Of a DNA stretch of 64,000 nucleotides, positions 1 through 8,604 are shown piece by piece (the stretch's first letter is position 1; the number at the start of each line of letters is the position of its first letter). The position numbers and the translations under genes are program-made. The stretch is from Candidatus Bruticola sp. (lineage in GTDB: Bacteria; Vulcanimicrobiota; Xenobia; Xenobiales; Xenobiaceae). The notes beneath the pieces were generated by a model. It made no database searches. It saw only the letters and a list, made by a program, of their open reading frames with translations, and was not told the DNA's origin. Where the stretch lies: NCBI GenBank assembly GCA_051874735.1, contig JBJEGD010000042.1, positions 22,003-86,002 on the forward strand, written 5' to 3'.

Positions 1-30
1 AATTATCTTGAGTATAAAGCGAGAGATAGC

Positions 31-831
31 ATGAATTTTCGCCTAAGACACATATTAACAATCTGTCTGCCTATTTTGGCTGTCGCTGTACTCTTTTGGC
101 TTTTTACCGATGCAGCCAATGCTCAGAATCCATTTCCTCAGCTAAATATGCCGAATATCAGCATTAATGGAGCTAAGGCCAACGAAAAACAAACTTTTTC
201 CACCACTCTGCTGCTGCTGGGAGGATTGAGTCTGCTGTCACTAGCTCCCTATATTTTAGCTATGTGTACAGCTTTTATACGCATAGTTATGACTCTGAGC
301 TTCCTAAGATCGGCTATGGGAACCCAGCAAGTTCCTCCAACTCAGGTTTTGATGGGTTTAGCCCTGTTTCTTACCATGTTTGTTATGGCTCCCGTAGGCG
401 AATCGATTAATAAAGATGCCTTACAGCCTTATCTGGCGGGAAAGATTTCTCAAAGCGCCTTCTTTGCTAAAGCTTACAAGCCCATCCAGTCTTTTATGCT
501 CTATCAAACCAGAGAGAAAGACATTCAACTTTTCTTTGATATCGGTCGCGTCAAAAATATTACTAAACGCGAGGATATACCTTTCTATATTCTGCTGCCT
601 TCGTTCGTGCTGTCAGAAATTAAAACTTCATTTCAAATAGGCTTCCTGCTTTACGTACCTTTCCTAGTCATCGATATGGTAGTAGCCTCAGTACTCATGT
701 CGATGGGTATGTTTATGCTCTCGCCAATGTCCATTTCTCTACCTTTTAAGCTGCTGCTTTTCGTATTGATAGATGGTTGGCATTTAATTATTAAAGGTGT
801 AGTGGAGAGTTTCAATTATCCACGCTCTTAG
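31..831 (+). CDS. fliP: Type III export gate protein FliP/SctR with N-terminal signal peptide
   Basis: Motifs LSLAP..AMCTAFIRI..LSFLRSAMGTQQVPP.QVL.GLALFLT, LLPSFVLSEIK.SFQIGF, DMVVASVLMSMGMFMLSP..ISLPFKLLLFVLIDGW; hydrophobic N-terminus ending AANA-Q. Confidence 0.95.
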   Translation: MNFRLRHILTICLPILAVAVLFWLFTDAANAQNPFPQLNMPNISINGAKANEKQTFSTTLLLLGGLSLLSLAPYILAMCTAFIRIVMTLSFLRSAMGTQQVPPTQVLMGLALFLTMFVMAPVGESINKDALQPYLAGKISQSAFFAKAYKPIQSFMLYQTREKDIQLFFDIGRVKNITKREDIPFYILLPSFVLSEIKTSFQIGFLLYVPFLVIDMVVASVLMSMGMFMLSPMSISLPFKLLLFVLIDGWHLIIKGVVESFNYPRS

Positions 832-880
832 CCTAGACAATAAGTTATAGTGTAGTAATAAAAGGATTATAGGAGGAAAG

Positions 881-1177
881 ATGTTCGTACTGGGGGCAGA
901 AGTTTTCGACGACGGCTTCGTGCTAGCTCTCTGCACAAAGGCTCTTTATCTGGTGCTGGTTCTCTCAGCCCCAATGCTAATGTCCGCCCTGTCTGTAGGT
1001 CTTATGGTCAGTATCGTCCAGGCGACCACTCAGGTTCAGGAGCAGACGCTCTCGTTTGTACCCAAAATTATAGCTACTTTTATGGCTATAGTTTTGTGCG
1101 GAAACTGGATGTTCAATATGCTTTCCAGTTTTACTATATCCACTTTTGCCGATATCGCCCGCTTGGGGCCCAAATAA
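881..1177 (+). CDS. fliQ: Type III export gate protein FliQ/SctS
   Basis: VGLMVSIVQATTQVQEQTLSFVPKI motif; AGGAGG RBS; position between fliP and fliR. Confidence 0.95.
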   Translation: MFVLGAEVFDDGFVLALCTKALYLVLVLSAPMLMSALSVGLMVSIVQATTQVQEQTLSFVPKIIATFMAIVLCGNWMFNMLSSFTISTFADIARLGPK

Positions 1178-1183
1178 AGTAGC

Positions 1184-1969
1184 ATGACTGGAATGATGAG
1201 CGATCCGGCCCTGCAGCTGCTGGGTGTAGGAATGCTTGCCTTCGTAAGAATGGCTCTTATATTTGTGCAGGCGCCGATTTTTGGAAGTAACCACATTCCC
1301 AATACCGTACTGGTGGGGACTGCGGCAGCTTTCACGATGGTGTTGTATCCTACTCTGCCCGTTCCTAACGATATGCCTACCGATCTGTTCCCTTTTTTGG
1401 GAGCTTTGCTCACTCAAGCATGCGTCGGGTTAGTAATAGGTTTCGTCTCGTTTATCGTCATCGCTGCAGCTCAGTTCGGCGGTGAAATGCTCGATATTCA
1501 AATGGGCCTATCTTCGGCAGCTTCCTTCGATCCTGCCAGCCATGGTGCTATCAACCTGCTGCGCAAAGTGCTATTTTACACATCTATGAATCTATACTTG
1601 GTTCTTGGTGGTCACCATCAACTTTTGGCCGCCGTCTACAAGAGCTATCAAGTAGTACCTCTGACCTATTTTCATATGTCAGAAAATTTAGCTATGACTC
1701 TTCTGCGTATGAGCAGCGATCTTCTAGTTATAGGTACGCAGATTGCTGCGCCAGCCTTAGCAGCTTTATTCATAGCCCAGTGCGCTTTGGGTTTATTGGC
1801 CCGCGTGGCTCCTCAAATGAACATTTTCATGTTGAGTTTCCCACTCAACATTGCTATCGGATTGGTACTCCTGCGCCTCTCTTATCCTCTGGTAATGAGA
1901 GTGCTGGGCAATCAATTTGAAATAAACCTCGATATTTTGCTACAATGTATAGGAATGATGAAGCCATAA
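1184..1969 (+). CDS. fliR: Type III export gate protein FliR/SctT
   Basis: Multi-TM protein; G..LDIQMGLS.A..FDP and GLLARVAPQMNIFMLSFPL motifs. Confidence 0.93.
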   Translation: MTGMMSDPALQLLGVGMLAFVRMALIFVQAPIFGSNHIPNTVLVGTAAAFTMVLYPTLPVPNDMPTDLFPFLGALLTQACVGLVIGFVSFIVIAAAQFGGEMLDIQMGLSSAASFDPASHGAINLLRKVLFYTSMNLYLVLGGHHQLLAAVYKSYQVVPLTYFHMSENLAMTLLRMSSDLLVIGTQIAAPALAALFIAQCALGLLARVAPQMNIFMLSFPLNIAIGLVLLRLSYPLVMRVLGNQFEINLDILLQCIGMMKP

Positions 1970-1983
1970 GGAGGTGAAATTAG

Positions 1984-3186
1984 ATGGGTGGTCAGGATAG
2001 CGACAAAACTGAAGAACCAACTGAACATAAGTTACAAGAAGCCCGCAAAAAAGGCCAGGTAATGAAAAGTCAGGAGGTGATATCCACCTGCCTGCTTTTG
2101 GCTACGGCCGGTGCCATGTACGGAGCCGGCGGCGGTATGTTGTCGAGAATACGTGAACTAACCATCTATGTATGGAGCTTAATACCGACCTATAATATGA
2201 ATGCTCGCAGTCTTAACGGGGATATTTTCCACGTTATGATTACCATTTTGTTAGTGTTGGCGCCGCTTTTAGCGGCAGGCTTCATGATGGCCATTGTGGC
2301 CAATATAGCTCAAGTACAGTTCATATTCTCAACTGAAACTCTTAAACCAAGTCTAAACAAGATAAATCCTTTAGAAGGCTTTAAAAAGATATTCAGTGTC
2401 AAATCAGCAGTTGAGCTACTTAAGCAGCTTGCTAAATTAGGTGTTATAGGTTACATATGCTATAAGGTTGTAGGGGAAGTTCTGCCCCAGCTGCAGACAG
2501 CTCCAGCTATTCCTCTTATGGCTACTTTGGAACTCGTTGGTCTAACTGTTAAGAGCCTCGTTATGAAGGTTTTAGTTGGCATGGTGGTGATTGCCGGCCT
2601 CGACTACATCTTCCAGAAGAAGCAGTTTATGAAACAGATGCGCATGAGCATGCAAGACCTGAAAGACGAATACAAAGAGACTGAAGGAAACCCACAAGTA
2701 AAGGGTAAGCTCCGTCAGCTTATGCGCCAAAGCTCTCAAGGCGGTGGAGGCGGAGGTAACATGATGGCTGAAGTTCCTGATGCTTCGGCTGTAGTTACTA
2801 ACCCGACCCATTTGGCAGTAGCTCTCCGCTATAAACAAGGTGAAGATCCTGTGCCTATTGTTGTAGCTAAAGGCGAAAACATGACGGCCGTCCAGATAAA
2901 AATTATGGCTGAAGATCACGATGTGCCTATTGTCGAAAACGTCGAACTAGCTAGAGCCTTGTTTAAGACCTGTGAACTTTCCGGTCCGGTACCTACCGAA
3001 ATGTACAAAGCTGTCGCTGAAGTGCTGGCTTATGTTATTAAACTTAAAAGAAAGCGCGAATTGCTGCGCAGGCGCCGTTTGGCCCGTAATGGCCCTCCAC
3101 GTCGGACAGCTCGTGCCGCTGTAGCCTCACCTTCTATGCCGAAAACTCAATTTACGGCTAGGAGCATGGCTTCAGGAAGACGTTAA
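1984..3186 (+). CDS. flhB: Export switch protein FlhB/SctU
   Basis: DKTEEPTEHKLQEARKKGQV, KINPLEGFKKIFS, KDEYKETEGNP, NPTH autocleavage motif; AAGGAGGTG RBS. Confidence 0.95.
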   Translation: MGGQDSDKTEEPTEHKLQEARKKGQVMKSQEVISTCLLLATAGAMYGAGGGMLSRIRELTIYVWSLIPTYNMNARSLNGDIFHVMITILLVLAPLLAAGFMMAIVANIAQVQFIFSTETLKPSLNKINPLEGFKKIFSVKSAVELLKQLAKLGVIGYICYKVVGEVLPQLQTAPAIPLMATLELVGLTVKSLVMKVLVGMVVIAGLDYIFQKKQFMKQMRMSMQDLKDEYKETEGNPQVKGKLRQLMRQSSQGGGGGGNMMAEVPDASAVVTNPTHLAVALRYKQGEDPVPIVVAKGENMTAVQIKIMAEDHDVPIVENVELARALFKTCELSGPVPTEMYKAVAEVLAYVIKLKRKRELLRRRRLARNGPPRRTARAAVASPSMPKTQFTARSMASGRR

Positions 3187-3333
3187 TCAACATTGACTGC
3201 TTTTCAGTCAGCTTTTTTCCAAGACTCGCACTTTTACCAAACGCGCAGTTCTTCCAGCAGCGCCAGGTTAATGTGTGAGTCTGTTGGTATTTAAATTATA
3301 TTTAATTTTAATATACTGGAGAAGTCGAATAAT

Positions 3334-5469
3334 ATGGGTGCCCAGCCCGGTGCAGAAGTATTAGACAAACTTATGAAATGCTCCGATATCGGCAGTGCTG
3401 TTGCTATTGTCGGTATTGTAGGCATGTTGATTGTTCCTCTCCCGCCAGACATGCTCGATGTGCTTCTGGCCTTCAATTTGGCCTGCGCCATCATTACAGT
3501 ACTCATTTCAATTTACATTGAAGAGCCTCTGCAATTTGCTGTATTCCCTACAGTCTTGCTAGTAGCAACTTTGTTCCGTCTGGCTCTGGACGTCTCAGCT
3601 ACGCGTATGATTCTGCTCCACGGCAATGAAATTGACGTAGTAACCAAGATGCCCACCGGTGCCGGCCACCTAATTCCTACATTCGGAAAGGTGGCTGTAG
3701 GAGGCAACTTAATCGTAGGCTTCATTATGTTTATCATTCTGATTATCATTCAGATTATGGTAATCACCAATGGTGCCGAACGTATAGCTCAGGTAGCGGC
3801 CCGTTTTAACTTAGACGCTATGCCTGGTAAGCAAATGGCTATCGACGCCGACCTCCATGCCGGCAATATCGATGCCGAAACAGCTAGAAAAAAACGCAAA
3901 GACATTGAGCGCGAATCTGACTTCTATGGTTCTATGGACGGTGCCGGCAAATTCGTAAAAGGTGACGCTATGGCTTCTATCGTCATTATGTTGGTCAACG
4001 TCATCGGCGGTATCGGCATAGGCGTACTATACCACGGTATGGACATCGCTCACGCTCTTAACACCTACGCCATTTTATCTATAGGCAACGGACTTATGAC
4101 AACTTTGCCGGCCTTCTTAATGTCCACAGCTATGGGCTTGGTAGTTTCTCGTGCAGCCTCCGAATCTAACCTCGGACGCGACGTTGTCGAGCAGGTTTCC
4201 GGTCAGCCTGGCGCTTTAAAAATGGCTGGCGCCTTCATGCTCACCTTGGCCCTACTCTCCCTTTTAGCTGGTCTTCCTAAATTTATGGCCTTTACTTTGG
4301 CCTGCATCGGCGGCGCTCTCTTCTTCATGGGACATCAATTGGAAAAGAAAAACCAAGAAGTGGCTGCTGCAGTTACCGGAGGCACCACTACGGCCCAGGA
4401 GCAAAAGAAAAAGACGGAACAGAAAAAACCGGAGAGTGTCGTCCAGCTCATGCAGGTCGATCCCATCTCTTTGGAAGTTGGCCGCGGCTTGCTCTCTTTA
4501 GTAGACCCCAATCAAGGGGCCAAACTGCTCGATCGTGTAACCTCAATTCGCCGTCACATTGCTTTAGAGCTGGGTATTGTAGTACCAGGCGTGCGCTTCC
4601 GTGACAATTTGCAACTTAAGCCGAACGCTTATGTTATCAAGATAAAAGAAATAGAAGTCGCTCAGGGTGAAGTTCAAGTTAACCAATTCTTAGCGATAGG
4701 CCCTGAAGAGAAGCTTAAAAACTTACGCGGTACCAAAACTGTTGACCCGACTTACGGTATGCCAGGCGTATGGATTTCCCCAGAACAACGCGGCGATGCC
4801 GAACGTTTAGGATGCATGATCTTTGACCCTGTAAGCGTTATTGCAACTCAGCTGACCGAGGTTGTCAGAACTCATGCTTCTGAAATGCTGGGACGCCAGG
4901 AAGTTCAGGCTCTCATCGACACGGTCAAAAAGACCCATCCAGCAGTTGTCAAAGAAATCTTCCCCGACGCCTTGGGATTGGGCGAAATTCAGAAAGTGCT
5001 GCAGAATTTGGTCAAAGAGCGCGTGTCTGTGCGCGACTTAGTTTCTATTTTAGAAACTATGGGCGACAACGTACATATTACCAAAGATCCTGAAATGCTT
5101 ACAGAATTCTGCCGTGTCAGCCTTTCTCGGGTCATTTGCAAGGACTACTGCAACAATGATGGTACGATCAACGTGATTACGCTCGATCCTAAAATTGAGC
5201 AAATGATTCAAGGCGCCATCCAGCGCAGTGAACTGGGCTCTTTCTTAACTCTCGATCCGAACTTAGGCCAGGAGATTTTGCAGGCTATATCTCAGCAAGC
5301 CAATGCTTTGCAAGAGCGAGGTCTTCAACCGATACTTTTGGTAGCTCCGCAGATTCGCCCAGCTGTACGTAAATTGACAGAGCGATCTTTCCCGAACTTG
5401 GTAGTTCTCTCTTGGAATGAGATAGCTCCTAAAATTAACGTAAACTCCGTGGGTATGGTCTCCTTCTAA
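3334..5469 (+). CDS. flhA: Major export apparatus protein FlhA/SctV
   Basis: FPTVLL.ATLFRLAL, ERIAQVAARFNLDAMPGKQMAIDADL, FYGSMDGAGKFVKGDA, VLQNLVKERVSVRDL motifs. Confidence 0.96.
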   Translation: MGAQPGAEVLDKLMKCSDIGSAVAIVGIVGMLIVPLPPDMLDVLLAFNLACAIITVLISIYIEEPLQFAVFPTVLLVATLFRLALDVSATRMILLHGNEIDVVTKMPTGAGHLIPTFGKVAVGGNLIVGFIMFIILIIIQIMVITNGAERIAQVAARFNLDAMPGKQMAIDADLHAGNIDAETARKKRKDIERESDFYGSMDGAGKFVKGDAMASIVIMLVNVIGGIGIGVLYHGMDIAHALNTYAILSIGNGLMTTLPAFLMSTAMGLVVSRAASESNLGRDVVEQVSGQPGALKMAGAFMLTLALLSLLAGLPKFMAFTLACIGGALFFMGHQLEKKNQEVAAAVTGGTTTAQEQKKKTEQKKPESVVQLMQVDPISLEVGRGLLSLVDPNQGAKLLDRVTSIRRHIALELGIVVPGVRFRDNLQLKPNAYVIKIKEIEVAQGEVQVNQFLAIGPEEKLKNLRGTKTVDPTYGMPGVWISPEQRGDAERLGCMIFDPVSVIATQLTEVVRTHASEMLGRQEVQALIDTVKKTHPAVVKEIFPDALGLGEIQKVLQNLVKERVSVRDLVSILETMGDNVHITKDPEMLTEFCRVSLSRVICKDYCNNDGTINVITLDPKIEQMIQGAIQRSELGSFLTLDPNLGQEILQAISQQANALQERGLQPILLVAPQIRPAVRKLTERSFPNLVVLSWNEIAPKINVNSVGMVSF

Positions 5470-5545
5470 ATTACAACATTTCTCAAGCAGTAAACGTTTA
5501 GCAATTTTGCCGCTCCAAAAGCGAGAACGGATGGTATAAAAGGCT

Positions 5546-5863
5546 ATGGAAATGGAACCTAGAGTAGGTTTAACTCCTGAAGAAATGATTACTAATTTTA
5601 ACCGTATGTATCAAGATTCTTGGGAGCGCAGCCGCGAACAGATAGACTGGCAAGCCATTAAGAGACCTAACGCAGATCTCTCAAAATGGGTTCTGGAAGT
5701 ATTAGAAATAGTGATGGCTGCTTCCAGAGATGCCATGACTTTTACCATAATGGAAAATAATAAGCGTATTGCTGAACAGATGGTGGAACAAGGGCTGCCA
5801 GTTCACATGGAAGAGGTACAAGATGACGGCTCTTCGGAATTAGATTTCGATCGCATGGCTTAA
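5546..5863 (+). CDS. Small acidic helical hypothetical protein, last gene before the export-operon terminator
   Basis: 105-aa ORF co-oriented with flhA and followed directly by a strong hairpin terminator. Confidence 0.75.
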   Translation: MEMEPRVGLTPEEMITNFNRMYQDSWERSREQIDWQAIKRPNADLSKWVLEVLEIVMAASRDAMTFTIMENNKRIAEQMVEQGLPVHMEEVQDDGSSELDFDRMA

Positions 5864-5872
5864 TTCTTGTAC

Positions 5873-5921
5873 AAAAAAAATACGCCTTACCGAATGTTAT
5901 TCGGTAAGGCGTATTTTTTTT
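5873..5921 (+). terminator. Rho-independent terminator
   Basis: AAAAAAAATACGCCTTACCGAAT-GTT-ATTCGGTAAGGCGTATTTTTTTTT: perfect inverted repeat with T-tract. Confidence 0.9.
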
Positions 5922-6060
5922 GTAATAAAGCGATAAATAAACAGCAAAGCTTTAGATTACAAGTTGTCAATACTCTTTTTTTACACTGCAGTCATAAACA
6001 GGCGGAATCAGTTCTCTTGCAGAGCAAGCCCCTGAAATGCTAACAAGCGAGGTAAAAAAT

Positions 6061-6339
6061 ATGAGTATACTTTCTAATGTATTCAGCAGTTTAGGCAACG
6101 CTTTTTTTCAAAATAGCCAGCAGGCCCATATGCTGCAAATGTACACTAACGATATACAAAATGCCCAAACTATTTATGCCTCTATTGAAGCTCAAGCTCA
6201 AAAGAGCCAAATGGAACGCTGGAAGATAGCCAACGATACCCAAACTAAAATATTTGAAATTCAGCAAGACGTCACAGTCAATCGTGCTAAAACACAAGAC
6301 AAAATGTTTAATAAATGGAGCGATTACATTCGCTCTTAA
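6061..6339 (+). CDS. 92-aa helical protein; minimal member of a three-gene paralog family (candidate T3SS filament/needle-like subunit)
   Basis: GAGGT RBS before ATG 6061; C-terminal 63 aa align without gaps to the C-termini of 6404..7213 and 7633..8376. Confidence 0.8.
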   Translation: MSILSNVFSSLGNAFFQNSQQAHMLQMYTNDIQNAQTIYASIEAQAQKSQMERWKIANDTQTKIFEIQQDVTVNRAKTQDKMFNKWSDYIRS

Positions 6340-6403
6340 TTAAGCGGCTTTCTTAAATTAATTTCCTTCCAGACTTATCCTTAAAGAAAGAGGTACATTA
6401 AGT

Positions 6404-7213
6404 ATGGTGATTTCCGAAAGCCGCCTGTCTAATCCAACAGCTACGGCTACAATACATCCTCTCAATTCCTCCCCTATCTCAGACAGTCAAAATCCGTCAA
6501 GCTCATCCCAACCCACCGATACTTTTATAACTCAACAGCCAAGCACATATATCCCTACTATAAACAGATTTCCTTCAACAAGCTCACCATCAGATTCTTT
6601 AAGTACTTCAGAAGACAGTGAACTAACGGATACAAATACAACTATAAGTTCAAACGATTCTGATCCAGAAGCCATCTCATCAGACTCAAACTCTAATACC
6701 TGCACTTCAGAAACTGAAAGGAATTGCTGCCATGAAGAGATCCCCCCCCCAGCCGCCCCCACCTTCATTTTTCAAGAAAATTTTTTCCAGCCTCTATCGT
6801 CAGCTACTCCAGCTGAAGCCAATAGCTCTCAACAAGAAGTTTCATCAATACCTGAAACTGTACAAGCTGCATCTGAAGATACTCAAAACTCTCAAGACCA
6901 GACAAACGCCACTTTGCCAGCAGCCTATTACCCAGAAGCCAAAAAAGCGGATCCAACTCCAGAGCCCCCTCTGAGCCAAGCGGAAGAAAGAGCTCTAGCT
7001 GAAGAAAAAGAGCAGCAAGAGAAACTTCGCGTCCAGGCTATCTACGATCGTATGGAAGCCGAAAAAATCATTGCTGAAAATAAACGCCAGGCGATATGGG
7101 CCGATTTGCAAACTGAACTACAGCGCATCTGGAGAGAAGTCATGATTCGGCGCAAAAAATCAGAAGACGATTATATGAAAAACTGGCAAAAAGTATTCCT
7201 TAATGTAGGTTAA
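6404..7213 (+). CDS. Ser/Thr/Pro-rich disordered protein with the shared C-terminal helical domain
   Basis: GAGGT RBS; low-complexity N-terminal ~200 aa; C-terminal IYDRMEA...IWADLQ...I...R...D.....W. Confidence 0.8.
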   Translation: MVISESRLSNPTATATIHPLNSSPISDSQNPSSSSQPTDTFITQQPSTYIPTINRFPSTSSPSDSLSTSEDSELTDTNTTISSNDSDPEAISSDSNSNTCTSETERNCCHEEIPPPAAPTFIFQENFFQPLSSATPAEANSSQQEVSSIPETVQAASEDTQNSQDQTNATLPAAYYPEAKKADPTPEPPLSQAEERALAEEKEQQEKLRVQAIYDRMEAEKIIAENKRQAIWADLQTELQRIWREVMIRRKKSEDDYMKNWQKVFLNVG

Positions 7214-7632
7214 TGTCTTATATTTTGCGTCCTATAAGCCGGCTGTATATCAATTGTAAATTTATAAAAAAGCCGAACTACAGCCGGCCTAAAAAGTTGA
7301 CATAAAAATATTTAATCGACGAACATTTAATACGATCTAGCTAATTTCCTATTGAGACAGCAATAGAAATTTATCAATATCTATACAGCGATATAAAAAA
7401 GACTCGCACTATATGTATAAAGTTAAGCATACAATAGACGAACAAACATGATTTTTTTCGACAAAATCATGATCGCCAACAGCTATAAAATTCCAACAAT
7501 GGGGCTAAATTTCACAAATAAGCAACAAGACAACCTTTTTTTTAACAGGCTTAACAATTATAATGGTAGGGAAAATAAATGCATTATAGCCAGAGAGTTC
7601 TGGCCTTTAGCCTTGCAAGGAGGCCTGTATAA

Positions 7633-8376
7633 ATGGTTGCCCCTATCGGAATCAATACTAATGCCTATTCGCAGACCAATGCTGTCCGCAATATGCAGCA
7701 AGTTGGCGGTCAGAGCCAAGTAACCCGCCAATCCGACGTAGCTCCATCTCAGAGCGAAAATCAGCATACTGCTGCAGCTGACAATGTTCAGCTTTCCGAA
7801 GGTGTTTCGTTTGCTCAAGATGCCCAGGAAAATGCCACTCATATAGGTGCTGCTCAGAACCAATTTGAAAGTGAAATCGGTGACGCTTTTGAAAGTGCCG
7901 CAGAATCTGAAGTTGGTGCCTCTCAAGCTGGTGCGGCCGGTACTTCCGAAGAAGCAGCCGCTCCCCGTGAGCCTCAAACTGATGAGTATGGTTTCATTTT
8001 GATGGATGAACAGGGCAATCCTATTGGCGGAAGCGTTCCTCCAGAGGATGGCGGCTCCGGTGCTCCTCCTATTGACGGTGGTGGCAATGCTGGTCAAGCT
8101 GGTGAAGTACCCCCTGAGGATGGTGGTGCTGGGGAAACTCAAGAAAGCGAAGCTTCCAGAGCTTCTCGTCTTCAGTCGATGGAGCAAGATCGTGAAGAGG
8201 CCATGAAGATCTACACTCAAATGATGGCAGATCGTCAAAAGTGGTTTGCTGAACTGATGAAGATCCTTGCCGATACTCAGGCGTCAATTTTCGACATTAT
8301 CCAACAGACCATGACCAACCGTGCTATGGCTTTCGATAGAGCTATGGCTGGATGGTCCAGAGCCTTCAACGGATAA
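7633..8376 (+). CDS. Gly/Ala/Glu-rich disordered protein with the shared C-terminal helical domain
   Basis: AAGGAGG RBS; C-terminal IYTQMMA.RQK...KILADTQ..IFDIIQ...NRA..D.....WS. Confidence 0.82.
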   Translation: MVAPIGINTNAYSQTNAVRNMQQVGGQSQVTRQSDVAPSQSENQHTAAADNVQLSEGVSFAQDAQENATHIGAAQNQFESEIGDAFESAAESEVGASQAGAAGTSEEAAAPREPQTDEYGFILMDEQGNPIGGSVPPEDGGSGAPPIDGGGNAGQAGEVPPEDGGAGETQESEASRASRLQSMEQDREEAMKIYTQMMADRQKWFAELMKILADTQASIFDIIQQTMTNRAMAFDRAMAGWSRAFNG

Positions 8377-8535
8377 ATAAACACTTCCTAAGTATTTCAA
8401 ATAACAACTAGAGGTGCGGAGCTTGCCGTTTTTCGCTCGTAAATAGTGATGCGGCAGGCTTTTTGTCTTAAATGCAAGATAAATAGCGAAGTTTTTTTCC
8501 AATACTTTTTGCAGAACATGTTTTCTTATAGTCTT

Positions 8536-8576
8536 AAAAATAGGGCCGCTCCCTTAAGGGAGCGGCCCTATTTTTT
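8536..8576. terminator. Bidirectional Rho-independent terminator between convergent genes
   Basis: AAAAATAGGGCCGCTCCCTTAAGGGAGCGGCCCTATTTTTT perfect palindrome. Confidence 0.9.
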
Positions 8577-8604
8577 GACTATATCCTTTTATAGAACAAC
8601 AAAC

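Noticed and set aside
5922-7632. Sigma28 (FliA) promoters upstream of the paralog genes (GCGATAAA at about 5930, GCGATATA at about 7388)
   Set aside because: Only partial -10 matches, with no TAAA -35 at the correct spacing.
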